A stretch of DNA of 64,000 nucleotides from Minutocellus sp. GHC0000111 (Eukaryota), in NCBI GenBank assembly GCA_977018835.1, contig OZ361258.1, positions 2,418,001-2,482,000 on the forward strand, read 5' to 3'. A program made the position numbers and the translations under genes. Positions within the stretch are counted from its first letter, which is position 1, and the number at the start of each line of letters is the position of its first letter. Positions 25,167 through 37,800 of the stretch are shown one piece after another. The notes below the pieces were generated by a model. That model did not search any database. It was not told the origin of the DNA and saw only the letters and a program-made list of their open reading frames with translations.

Positions 25167-27952
25167 ATGATGATGAACGGCGGCGCTACCGGTTTCGTGC
25201 CGTCGCCGTCCGACGGCGGAGCCTTGGAGCAACAAGAGTACGACGCCCATTCTCCTTCCACCGAGCACAACACCATCCATAACAACTGGGGCTCCTCCGG
25301 AATGATGTCCGCCGAGGAAACCAGGCGGCTGATGGAGTCCCTGGCCTCGCAGCTGGAGCCGAATCCCCTGCGCTCCGGCGGCAGCGGTAGCGGTGCACAT
25401 ACGTGTACGACCGACGGCACGTTCTGCATGACTTCCGGAAGCGGCGGCGCTTCTTCTTCAATGCCGCTTATGGCCTACGACGACCAGAACAGGTCGGACA
25501 CGGCAGCCACCGCAAGTCACCTTCCGCAGCAGCAGTATCATATGGCGCAGCCTCATCCTTTTCCCAACCATTCTTAACAGCAACAGCAGCAGCCGCTTTC
25601 GGTTTCGATACAATATCAACTGCAGCAGCAGCAACTGCAGCAACAGCAACAGGCCTCCTCCTCCTCAACCTACCCCTCCGAGTACGGCGACTACGGCGCG
25701 ACCTCTCCGACGTCGGCTGTTTCCGCTTCCATGTCCGACATGATGACGATGAGCGCCGCCTCAATGGCCCAGCCTCAACAGGGGGTGGGCCTGCAGGCAG
25801 CACCAAGCACTGCCAAGGACAATATCAATAAGTCGGGCAACTGCAATCACGGCAACGACAACGGGGGAGCCGACCAGAACAACGTCGTCGCCGCCTTCAC
25901 CGAGCAGGACGAGAAGGACGAGCTCGCCACCCTGACCATCCAGGAGATCCTCGACGCCGAGCAGGACGTCCGCGGCCAGCTGGCGGACGCCATGGGCGGC
26001 CTGAGCGTCACCAACACCACCGCGGGGGGTGCCTCCGGGGCCGGGGCCAGTACACGTACCACCACTGCGGCAATGGGGAAGGCTGCAGTTACATCATCAT
26101 CCTCGTGCAGCAATAGTGATTCGTTTCGACAATCCTCCACGGCACCGACAGCTGCAGCCGCCAACGCCAACGCCCTTACCCCTCCTCATCCTCAGCTATC
26201 CATCGAGGATACGTCGGCCCTTCTCCTCCTCCGGGCCGAGCTGCTGCGCATCCCCCCCCACCAGAAGCGGTCGTACACCGACGCCGTCCAGCGCTGTCCC
26301 GACCAGACCGACCAGCAGGTCCAGCTGGCCTACCTCCGGCGGGACGGCTACGACGCCCACCTCGCCGCGAGCCGGATCGTCCAGTACTGGGAGAACCGTC
26401 TGGCGGTCTTTGGAGAGGACCGGTGCTACCTCCCCATGACGCTCGACGGGGCCGCCAGGGAGGAGGTCGGCGACATGCGGTCCGAGTCCCTCACGTACTC
26501 CACCTCCGTCCTGCCCGTGAGGGATGCCAACGGCCGGGCCGTGGTGTACGTCAAGGCCAATCAGATGGGTCGGACCGATGCCATTGGGATGGAAAAGATG
26601 GTAAGATAGATGTCCCACCCCTTCCCGTCCCTGTCACTATTACTGCTGCATGGACACATGCATGGCATTGGTCTTACCATTATAGGGATCCTACAGTGAA
26701 CTCTGTTGTGTTTGCGGATAGACCAAATCGATCTTTCTGATGTCATTTTGACTCTATGCTTACATTCATTCAACCTTTTTGTTGTATCATCTCTTCGTAC
26801 CTCTTCTATCCGCCTCAGATGAGAGCCTTTTGGTACGTCCTGGATACTGCCGCCTCATCGTCCGACGGTCTTCAGAACGGGTTCGTGGTCGTTGTCAACG
26901 GCACGGACATTCAGCGGCGGCACTTCTCCGTCAAGGTATTTCGTCTCATCCGCCAACTCCTTTGGGACATCCTCCCGACCAAGGCCAAGTGCACGCACTT
27001 GTGCCACCCCAGCAAGGTCAGTTACTACATCGTCCAGCCCCTCGTCCGTGCCGTTTTTGGGAAGGAACTGCGCATCCGTCAGAGGGTGCACTACGGAACG
27101 ACCGAGAAGGTCCTGAACGAGCTGAGACAGTACGCTCTCCCGCCGGAGGTCATCCCTCAGGATATGGGCGGACAGCTTCCGCTCAATTTTGAAGAACGCA
27201 TTTTGGAACTAGCGCTCGCCGAGCGGAGGGACTTTCTTCAAGACTCAGGAGCTCTCGTGGACGTCCTTTCCATGCCAATGCCTGTGGCTTCCACCTCAAA
27301 CTCACCGATGGATATATCGGATGCTGCCGACACCGCAATGTCGAACAAGAGAGATTATATCCACCCCGAAGCCTTGAAGGGACCATCCACGGCGAGTCCG
27401 TCCAAGTCGTCCACGGGAGGGAGGAAACGGCGGAGCGGTAGTACAGCCAAGGGGAAATCCCAAAAGACAAACAATCGCAAGGGTCGTTCTGACCGGAAGA
27501 GCGATCCGCGCATGCAACGTGCCGTCCAAATCAAGTTGGACAACCCCGACACAGCTTTGAAGGAGGCCCTCCAGATGGGTGGCTTCGATTTCCATCTCAA
27601 GAACCCAGCCGGTGGGCAGACGGACAAGAATCTCATCGATATGCATGGCGTATCACTATCGCAGCACAAGAATAACTTGTGTCGTAGATTACGGCAAGAG
27701 AAGGCTGCGGCGGCATCTGGCAAGTTGAACAATTCAGAGGGCTCCGCTGTTCCGGCGGTTGTTTCTGGCTCTGCCAGGTTGAGCTCGGCAGCAGAGGATG
27801 CCGCCGCTTCTGCGGCAGCTGCTCAATTCTCTGCTGCGATTGGCAATAGCCATGCCTCATGTGAAAGTTTTGGAAGGCCAACTCGACGAGACTCTTTCGA
27901 CGAAGCCATAGCAGAGATACCGCAGATTGAAGTCGATGAAGTATTCGAATAG
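25167..27952 (+). CDS. CRAL-TRIO-like lipid-binding protein with a basic C-terminal domain; exons 25167-26600 and 26819-27952; in-frame TAA at 25575
   Basis: YLRRDGYDAHLAASRIVQYWENR..FG, D..GRAVV, LP.K....H and IPQDMGG motifs. C-terminal DPRMQRAV..L.EALQMGGF.F..VSLSQHKNNLCRRLR. ORFs 25167 and 25731 share one frame separated only by the TAA. Confidence 0.75.
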
Positions 27953-28114
27953 TCAAGCTAGCTCCGTAGAGAGATAATCGAAGCAGCATAGATCTTAATT
28001 TTTTGTACATAAATTAACATCATATATTTTTGAAGCAGTTCCATCTATTTATTTGTTAAGAGTGTATTCAACATGTATGTATGTAGCCTTGATTGGTACT
28101 GCCGCCTTGTTTTT

Positions 28115-31100
28115 TTACTTATTCAACCCATTTTGATTTCCAGCAAGAGCCTGAAGGACCGATAGGTTCCACCCTGGCAGCTGCGGCTCTGTTTCCCGTG
28201 CACCGCCTCCGGAGCTGGTCGAGGAGGCACTGCCGACGGCCGCATCGGATGCACCGGCACTACCATCCGAGAAAGAGCTGGTAGCCTCTCGCAACAACGG
28301 ACGGGTGGAGGTGAGGTTCGGCCCATTCGCTGCCGTAGGGGCAAGGCCCAGCATGGCATTGACGTTGATGCCACCAGTTCCGTTGGCGCCTGGCATGGCA
28401 GCTTGCTGCTGCTGCTGGACGCCCGTCTGAGCTTGGAGGAGGTTCAACTGGGCCTGAAGCTGACTGAGAGGGTCATTGTTGGTGTTGGTAGGACTTGACG
28501 ACCCGGCGCTGTAGGATTGGTCAGATGTAACAGCACTTCGGCTTGACTCAGATCCCACGTTGCTCGTAATGATGGACGTGGGAAGAGGAGCGACGCCATT
28601 GTTGGAATTGGGCAGGTTCATGGCATGGCTCAGACTCAGGCCACCGTTGAGGCCGGGCTGTGATGCTGCAGTATTCATCGTTGCGCCGTGGTTGCTGCCA
28701 TTGTTGCCATTGCCCCCCTGCTGCGACAAGAGGAAGTTGACCTGCTCTTGGAGCATGCGAATCTGCTCGCTCTGGGCGAGTATGATTTGCTGTGCTTGGA
28801 GGGATACACTCTGTGCCGACTGCTGTTGTTGTTGCTGCCCGCCTAGGAGGCCGGAAAGAGTCAGGCCCTGCTGCTGCGGCTGGAGACCAGCCACCGGAAG
28901 GGTGGGCTGCTGACGAAGCTGAAGTAGCTGACTGCCCAAAAGCTTGATGAGATCTTCCGGGGCCATGCCATGCTGCCGAGCGATCGATGCAACTCCAGCG
29001 TTGATCGATGGGGCCTCATTCCCGCTGCTCCGGCTATTAAAGGAATCGTCACTGGCCTTGTCGTCGGGATCGGGCTTGGAGTACAGCTTCCGGGCAAAGT
29101 CCTTTCGTCTCTTCTCCTCGGCGTCGTTGTAGATCTTGATTTCCCGTCGGTAGCGGGCCGACTCCTCCTTGGCCAGGACCTGATATCGCTCGAGGTCTTT
29201 CTTGGGAATGTCCCTCCATCGGCGACCGATGGCCTTGCCGAGCTCCTGGAAGGATACCTTGTGCTTGGAAGAGGATGACGTTGATGGCTTCATCTCGTGA
29301 CTGCTGCTGGCCACTGGTGGTGGCAGATCCTTCTTCCCGTCCATCATGGCGTTGTAGGCTTCGAGACCGTGCTCAAGAATCCTCTTTCTCTCATTCTGCA
29401 AGATATGCGACAAAGGTGGGAAAACGAAGTAATGAAGGCAAACGGAGGAGCGTGTGAGCAGACATTCGTTGACAAAAAGCAATACTCATGTCGATATTGG
29501 CATGCCACCATTCAAGCACCAGTCAAAGGTACGTACCTGAAAGAAGAAGTTGTAAGCTGTCATTGGTCGCTTGGGCTTGGGTAGCTCCTCGGAACTGTCG
29601 TAGTCGTCTAGATCACTTCGCGACTTTCGCTTGCGGCCGCAGCTCTTGGACGACCCCCCCCTTCTTGGTTTTGGAGGACGATCCCTTGCTCTTGCCACCC
29701 TTGGACGACGAGCTCTTACCACTGCCGCTCTTGCTGCGGTGCTTGCCCTCGGATTTGGACGAAGATGACTTGGCAACGTCGTCGCCCTTCTTGGCCTTCT
29801 TGGACGACGAAGATTTACCAGCCGCCGCCTGGGCAGCCTGAGACTTCATCTCCAGGAGGAGGGCGTCGATGCTCTTGGTCGAAACGGCCGTGCTGGACTG
29901 ATCGGACGACGAGGGCAGACCTCCGCTGGCACTGGCACTCACGCTGGACGAACCGGCCGTGGCGCTCGATGCCGTGACGGTGGCGGCGCCCCCGCTGTGA
30001 CCGGCGGCGCTGCTCGACGAGGTGAGGAGGTTGGAATCGCTCGATACTCGGGAGGACGACGAGGACGACTCGGCGGCCATGGAGTCCATCCGTCGGGCGG
30101 GCGCAGGGGGGAGACGACCCTGCTGCGACCCACCGCTCGGTGCACGGACCGTCGAGGGCAGAGACGACGTGGCATTGATGTAGTCGGCATCGTCGGAGGA
30201 TGACGTGACCTTGTCGTCTTCGTCGTTGTGGGCGCGACTAGTACTGCCCTTCTTGCTCTTCTTCACCTTCTTGTGGTGGAGCTTCTTGTGCTGTTGGTCA
30301 GTGGGGCTCGAAGGCTTGCTGATATTAATACCACCATTGCTGTCGTCGTTGGTACCGTCGGGCTGATCCTGGTCGTCGTTATCGTTGTCGTCCATATTGA
30401 AGCTGGCATCACGACCGTTGTAGCTGCGCTCACTGCCCCCGTCGGAACTGGAGCTGGGGATGGAACTGCCAGCGCTGAGGCCGGTGGAGATCGAGGCCTT
30501 GGTCAGGGTCGATACGCCGCCAACGCCGACGCCAACCTTGTCCCTCCTCCCGGCCCGCTCTTCGCTGGACGTGGTGGCCGTCGTCGTCGACTCTTGCCGG
30601 GCAAAGTCATGGTCGAGCTGGCCGCTGTAGCTTCGGTCGTCGGAGTCGGAGCTGGACGGGAGGGAGCTGCCGGAGTTGTCCTCCCCGCACTCGCTCGAGG
30701 TGCTCTTGGGGTTCATGCTGGACTGTCCCGACGTCGAGCTGCCGTTGGTCGACGTGGCCGTCGCCGCCTTGGCGTCGTCGCTGCCGCTGGTGCCGCTCGA
30801 CAGGTTGGAGCTGGCGCCGGAGCCCGAATCGTCGTCGTTGCTGCTGCTGCTGCAGCTGCTGCCGCCGCCGCCGTTGGGGGAGTGGGAGTGGGAGCCCGCC
30901 GTCTCGCGCTTCTTGCTGGCGTGCTGCCGCAGCTTGCCCGGGTTGTCGTCGGAGGCTGCCGAAGCAGAGGCCGAAGCCGAGCTCGAAGGGTTCGACGAGG
31001 CCGTGACGGCGTTGGTATTATTTGTAGCTCCAGCGGCAGACTTGGTGGCCGCCCCTGCAGCAGAGCTAGAGGCCGAAGCCGAGGCCGAAGCCCTTCGAGA

Positions 31101-31544
31101 CGACCGTGCACGAGGAGGAGCCCCCTCCCGCGAGCGCGGGGAGGCCGTCGTATCGTTGCTGCTGCCGTCGTCGTCGTGCTTCCTCTTGGCCGAGACGGGC
31201 CTCATCCCGTGCATGTTGGTAATCTTCCCGGCACTTGCGGCCGCAGGGGTCGGGCTGCCGCCTCCGCTGGAATCGCTGCCCGACGGGCTGCTCCCGGCCG
31301 GACTGCCTCCTCCGCCTCCTCCACCGCTGCCGCCGTCGCCGAACCGCTGCCGCTTGGGCAAATTCACCTGAATGCTCCGCGGCGTCGTGTCGTCGTCGGG
31401 AAGGGCATCGCCCGACGACGACGACGACCGGGGCCGTATCCCCCTTCCGCCGACGGCGGTGCTGTTGCTCGCGCCGACGCCGCCACCGCCACCGCCGCCG
31501 TCGAGGTTGACGTTGACGTTGGGGTTCGGGTTGTTGCTGCTCAT
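28115..31544 (-). CDS. HMG-box transcription factor with a long Ser-rich N-terminus and Gln-rich C-terminus; intron 29536-29396; frameshift at the C8 run 29654-29661
   Basis: PKRPMTAYNFFFQ|NERKRIL...KVSFQELGKAIGRRWRDI...YQVLAKEESARYRRE. Confidence 0.85.
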
Positions 31545-33429
31545 GTCATGGTTCAGATAGGGCAGGTGTACCTGGCACTTACTTGACTTGAGGCCTATCT
31601 ATTCGATGTTGATATTCCAAAGGCGGAAAATTCTTTCTCTGCTCTGCAGCTCTGCTCTCTGGTTGTATGGTGTTTATGCTACTGTGCCGCCTCAATCTTT
31701 TGGTGATCAATGGAGCTTGGGGGATGAATGCTTTGTTGCTGTAGTATTGGTTTGCTTGTTGGCTTATGCTTCCTTGCTATTTGGTATTGTGATGATGGGA
31801 AAGGTCGCTGCGCTTGCGCTTCCAATGGTGGGTTGGAAAGCAGCAACCAAAAAAAACTGTTGTGCAGCCGGGCGAGAGGGTGGGGCTCTGCAGATGACAA
31901 AAAGCTGCGTCCAACTTTCTTTTCTGCCTTTCATTTTCTGACACAAGGGCAGATCCAACGAACGTTTTTATCCCTCCGAGTCCCTGAATTTTGTCGCAAC
32001 GAGCCGCCGGCCGGTCGTCCATTTTCATACAATTTTGTTCTGTTCGCGCCGGACCTGCCGGTTCTAACGGGCGCGGCCGGCTCGGCTCGGCGAGGATGCC
32101 AACACCCTTGTGTCAGAGGTTTCAGTCCAAAAAAGAAACAATCTGACGAATTGTCGGGCTAATTTTTCCCCTTTTCTGGTCCGCATGTCACTTCCCAGAC
32201 CAAATCCCGTGAGGTGACGCGACACAACGGCACCCGAATATTATACGTCACTATTTGTGTTGATCTGAAACATGTGGCTTTCCATTCACGTCAGCAATTG
32301 CACTTGGACCCGCATTTTGTAGAGAACGGCTCCGTCAGGACAATGTGCGGGACGGGGCCGCAGACATGCGTGCGCACAGAGAACGTCAGCACAAATAGGC
32401 GGGCGCAAGTTTTGACGTGGGCGCAAACGAATGACGTGGACCGGAACGTAGGGAAGTTTGCTGCAGTTGTTTCAGATTCTGACGTAAGAAGAATTGTGTG
32501 GCGTGATCACACGCCACTGCGAGGAGCACATTGGGGGGCACGGGATGTTCGGGCAGTGATTGGCATAAATGTTCAAGAGGGACTTTTTCGCTTTGACACG
32601 TCAAAATGAAAGATAAAGTATAACACTTATGCCTAATTTCTGTACAGAATCCCATAGTAATTTTGCGAGCAAGCCTTGCCGTCCACCCAAAAACTCCTTC
32701 GGTACAAAAATACGTCATTGTCAACTCCCAAAAATATGGTCTGTTCATCCGTCCGTCCGTCCCCGCAACGATTCTCGCCGTTTTTCATCTTCGCTCAATT
32801 GTTCAAGACGGGGAGAGTTGTCATGACGTGTCTCTTGCTCTCGTCTCTGCCCTCTAGCTCCCACCGCATGCTACATCAATGGCACAGCGCCGTGGGCTAC
32901 ATCATTCGTTGCGGCCGACAACAATCAAGAAATAGCTTTCGTGGCAGCTTTCGATAAGCCACCCTGCGCTTCTCCTTCCGACGGATGTCTCGCATCGTTT
33001 TCATTTTCTCGGTTGCTCCCCAATGCCCCAATGCCGACACTTGTTGCGTTGTTTCGACGCGGTTGCTTGAGTGAATCCCTTCGGCTCATTCAAATAATGG
33101 TCGCGCCTTGACCTACGAACGCATCGTTTCTTCGACACGTGCCGCCAATGCAGATGCAATCACCGGCAGGCTGTTTCATCGAGTTGCTTCGAGTCGCTAG
33201 CGCTTTCCTTTTGCTTGTTTGTTTTCGGCAGGAGGAACCCGCGAAGCGGCGAGAAATCCGTCATATTTTCATCGGGTCCGCATGTTTTTGCCGAAATATC
33301 CTTTGGCTCAGCCATCTGAACATTGGGCCAGTGGCCGTCGTCGTCATGTGCTGAAGCCTGCCTCTGGCCGACCGACAAGTGTATGTGAATCAAATTTGGA
33401 GGATTTGGATGTCTTGGTCGTGCATATCT

Positions 33430-33750
33430 TGGGACTCAGACCATAACAGGACACATGCTCTTCGGCGCCGCGCAGCGGAGAGAAAGTTGCGATATGGTGT
33501 AGCTAGTTGTAACTTTTTTCTGGTTTTGGATGAACTACGGATGGAGAGGAGTGGCTGTATTGTTGGCAAAAATCTTTTTGTATCGACTTGTGATTTTATA
33601 CTCATTTATTGGGACTCGGGGCATCGCAGGATACATACTCTTCGGCGTCGCGCAGCGAAGAAAATTTAGCAACATGGTAAAGCCAGTTTTCACTTTTATT
33701 TGGGTTTTGGATCGACTATGTGTATGCATGGATGGAGAGGAAGTGTGCTG
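33430..33750. repeat. Diverged direct duplication, period about 180 bp
   Basis: Units starting near 33430 and 33610 share TGGGACTC..CAGGA.ACAT.CTCTTCGGCG.CGCGCAGCG.AG..GGTTTTGGAT..GGATGGAGAGGA. Confidence 0.7.
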
Positions 33751-34521
33751 GTACCGGTATTTTTGGGTCAAACTGTTAGAGCAATGAAACAATATATCGC
33801 TGTGGGCCTCAAGAACATTGCTTTTCGTTCGGATACCGCATAATTGATAGCTTGTGCTTTCATTGAGAGGATTTTGCATTTATGGCATGAACGGGGAGTG
33901 AAATGGTCGTATGTGTATGTGCTCTACATACATGTAAGGTGCGCTGAGACAAAATTATTTTTCGTTGTTCTTCCATGATGATCCACACGGTAATATATGT
34001 GTAGAAATAAAATAAAGTAATGCAAATATGAGGTAGCACAACTCATTGCTATGTGTATTCTCGCGATTTCTGTGCTGGTTTTGTGTTCATGTATGTATGA
34101 GGATTCCTGTAGCAAGAGCGGCGGCAACCATGGTGGAGAGATAAAATGGCATTCGCAATGTGTGCATCGTGGGACTTTTGAGTGTTTCACGCTTTCTTTT
34201 CTTCCAAAATTGTGACGCGACTGTTCGACAACCCCCCTCCTTCCCCCCATGTGACGTCAAATCACTCCCCCCCCTCCCCCCAAACCCGATGTGCGCACGA
34301 CGGACAAATGGTGGTGTGCTGACAACCACTCCTCTAATTTAAGAGTTTAGGCTACACACAGAGGAAAATTCGTTGAGGAGTGACATTCGGTCGCCTGCTG
34401 CGGCCCCATCCTCGGGTGTTGGGCATGAGTGTTTGCGCTTCTCTGCCAAATGCTTCCTCCTCTCTCGCCGGACTTAGTTCCGGGCACCCAGTTGCCACGC
34501 CTTCTTTGTCCGAGAACAACT

Positions 34522-34718
34522 TGCTAAGAGGTCCTAAAGGTAAGCTAGATAGACATAGCTAGTAGAGGTTAACAGGACCTACGTAGATGGAAAAATGGGC
34601 CATTGGAGATGTCGTTGGCCCATGGATCAACGGTCAGGAGAGGGCACTGAGTCAGTGGTCTGATCACCGTACGTACCGTACGTATGTATACGTACGTACG
34701 TATCCCACGGCATCAACA
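34522..34718 (-). repeat. 3' LTR (197 bp)
   Basis: Direct repeat of 37801-37996 with 9 substitutions and 1 indel by manual alignment. Confidence 0.95.
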
Positions 34719-34752
34719 CACCCTCGCAGATCAATGACTAGTGCCATTGAAT

Positions 34753-36194
34753 CTACATGTAGAGTCCTAATTGGAATCCACATGCCACATGTAAGCAGAC
34801 TGGTCGCATGTCGACATGGTAGCGGGCGGGATGGTGCTTTGTAAAATAATCGGCCAAATTTTGCGCTCCTTTCCTCCAGTGCACCTGGAATTGTCGTTGC
34901 TCTGTGCGATCTTGGACCCAGCAGAGTCTCATGTCCATTGTCCCACAAGATGAGGGGAAAGTCGGGATCGGTGCCACAGAGAATCGCAATGAAATGATTC
35001 TTAAAGGTTCGAATGGCTCGTTCGGCCGCATTTCGGCGGTGGGAGTGCGTTGGGGTCAATTGAAAATCTACATCCTTTTCTTCCATGAACTCCTTCAGCT
35101 CTCGACTCACTTCATCATCCAATCGTTGCAATTTTGGGCGAAATCCTCGCTTGGAGAGGCATTCGAAAATAGTTTGGTGCGCTCGGCGCATTTCCGTTCC
35201 CGATCGGCTTTTCATTGGTTCGGCCAAGATGCTGTTGGAGTCACAGTCATAGACGACCATTGTGTGCTGGTGGCCAGAAATGGACGACACCAAGAAACGG
35301 CCGGGCTGATCTGAGAAGATCTGGCCCGTCATGTCATGACAATCAGCAAAGACACAGTTGGTGCGCTGTTGGTGTTGTGCCGGGTTCGTCCACCCCAGGG
35401 AGAGATTTTGGCGTAGCCATCGACCGTTTGGGCTTGGTCGACCTGATGTTCTTGCGCTGCTGGTCTAAGTGACCTTTAATCATCGGTGTCGACTGTGGCA
35501 TGTGCTTACGCACAAGCTTTGATGTGAGGCCTGGCCAAGATCTATAAAATCCCGCATCGATTGCTTTGCACCAGGCAGATAGCTGAGGACTGCCAGCGCA
35601 CCAATGTAAAAAGGCTACACGTTCCGGAACCGTCTCCTGGGCAATTGCGGCGTTGGCAGCATGTTGGATGACGTTGGGGCCGGGGAGCGGCGACATGGTG
35701 GGCGAGAAATTAAGATCCACCATCCACAATTTCGTTGAGGGGTCTCGTTTGCCTTGCAAAATGACGGCATTGTCCTTGGCGATGACTACCGAATCCTTAT
35801 CGAAAGTGGCAACACATCCATCGTCACACAGCTGCCCAATCGACAGGAGCGATGATGCCATGTTGTTGAAAACATAGGCCTTGCTAGCCGATGGGGAAAC
35901 CCCAGGGAGGCGAAGCGTGGCCTCGTGGGTGTTCGTCATTGTGCCATTGTCCGGAAGGGTGACGCTGATAGGAATTGCTGTCTGTTGGACGTTGAAAACA
36001 GGGCCATCGCACGATGGGCACTGGGGCTTCTGGACAAAATGTCCCGTCGTTCCAGCATCTGCTGCGAGGACGATTGGCTCTTGAGTTGGAGGTTTGCTTT
36101 TTGACGTAAGAAAAGCTAACGAAGGCGGGGAGGAGGTGGATTCAGACACACTGTCCTCTATTTTATGCTGATTAATGTCCACCGTCCCTCCCGC
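34753..36194 (-). pseudogene. pol remnant: protease, GAG-pre-integrase region and integrase core fused to the RNase H C-terminus
   Basis: LAADAGTTGHF (protease); SLLSIGQLCDDGC; SDQPGRF..RLDDE..RRNAAERAIRTFKNHF (integrase); MDMR..W..D..NLADYFTKHH (RNase H). Frameshift near 35365 and deletion junction near 34939. Confidence 0.9.
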
Positions 36195-37488
36195 TCAGTT
36201 GCGACGCGAGCTACCACCACAAGGATTGTGCTTGGTGGCGTTGTCAACGTGGTTGGGCCCTTTGCAAGTGCATTCAAAGCTGGGGTGGTTGGACGAATAG
36301 CCGCACGTGTGGCAATAATGGCCTCTGGGGAGGATCGACTGCAGTTCCCGCTTCTCCTGGCGGTTGAGGTTAGGACCTTGGCCTGGGAAGTGGCCGGCGC
36401 CGTTCTGCTGGCCACCGCCGCGGTGGCCTCCACTGCCACCAGCATGGTTGCGTCCCTCACGCAGAACGCGGTTCTCGGCCTTGAGTGAAGCTATTTCTTG
36501 GCGAAGTTTGGCAATGGTGTCATCCTTCTCGTTGCTCTTTTTGGCGAGGTTCGCCATCATGGCTTGGTTGGTCTTGAGGGCTTCGGTGGTGTCAGCCAAA
36601 AGGAGATCGGCTCGAGAAAGAAATGGATCGTCCGAGGCCGATGAGGCCAAATTCGCGCCATGACATCCTGCCGCTTCGGTGGTGGTGTTGGCCATCTTCT
36701 TATCACACCAATCGCGGAAGTCCGACTGCATGTTGGCCCACGTGCGTTCGGCCTCCGGTCTGTCGTCCCAGTCCTCGCATGCCTTCTTTGCCAATGAGAA
36801 CCTGCGCACGGAGCGGCAGAACTTGGAGACCTTTTGCTTGTTGGTGAAGGGTTCGCCGGCCGTTTCAAACGCCTTGAAGACTTTGTTGAACATGGCGATG
36901 TGGGTGTCGATGGGTCCCCCGTCGCACTGCTTCTCGAGCTGCTTCTCTAATTCCTCCTTCTGAGTCTCGTTGAATTTCAAGTGGCGATCGGCAATGCTGT
37001 CGATGATTTGGCGGATGGTGACTGGCTGGAAACCGAGCATGTCATCTTCGAGATGATTGGTGTAGACGGCGTCGATCGAGTCGAGGAGGAGACTCTTGAG
37101 CGCGCCGTGTTGACTTGCTCTCGTACAAGTTGCAGTGGCCCTTTTCGATGCAACATCCCCGGATTGCACGATCGCGTTGGTCTAGATTGGCCACGGCGGG
37201 AATGGTGGGGCTGGGGCCAGGATTTGCCGGAGGCACATGTGGTCGGCCGTTACTTTTGGTGGTGCATTTGGCATCGCTGACGACGAGGCCCAAATGGCCG
37301 AGGTTGTGGTCATTGTGCCCTGCTGGAGTGCGCTGGCCGCCGCTTGTTGAAGAAGTTCCTTGAGCGCTTTGGCAACACGCTCGCGTTGGAGAGGTTGTCC
37401 TGGCTGGGTCATTCATGTGTGTGATTAACTTGGTGGGGAGAATCGGCGCTGCGCCGAGAGGTTGGCCAAAAACTGCGTCGGGATTCAT
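36195..37488 (-). pseudogene. gag remnant with several frameshifts
   Basis: GHLGLVVSDAK motif; W..RP...RTWAN...DF; C-terminal knuckle YCHTCGY...H.S..C..K...H...AT..N..GGS typical of diatom Copia gag. Confidence 0.85.
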
Positions 37489-37800
37489 GCTGGTGTTTCA
37501 GTCAGCGAAGACAGGCAGCAGCACGGCGGTGTTGCTGCGAGACGTGTGATCGACAGACACAGAGAAGGTTCGATCCAGAGAAGTGTGATCGATTGGATGG
37601 GTCGATCTGGTGGTCAGGACTTTTGGGGAAGGGATTGGATCGTCGTTCCAATATTGTCGAAAGAAACGGTCGTTTTGGCCGATTGAAGATGTGTCGGTTT
37701 TTCTTGCGTGACGAGTGAGAACCAACCCAAGACACACAAACCGGTGAGGTGCGAACCGAAATGGGGCGAGCACGGGTGGAAAAGATGCATCACGTAGGTC

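Noticed and set aside
25575..25577. Alternative genetic code (TAA=Gln)
   Set aside because: Many other genes in the window end in TAA/TAG normally, so this is an isolated case.
31600..34340. Short ORFs and a possible transposon terminus near 34200-34345
   Set aside because: No protein motifs. I could not find a convincing matching inverted terminus or TSD.
36195..36197. Selenocysteine at the gag-pol UGA
   Set aside because: The adjacent hairpin lacks the SECIS ATGA/AA/GA core and there is no redox motif; ordinary readthrough is the simpler reading.
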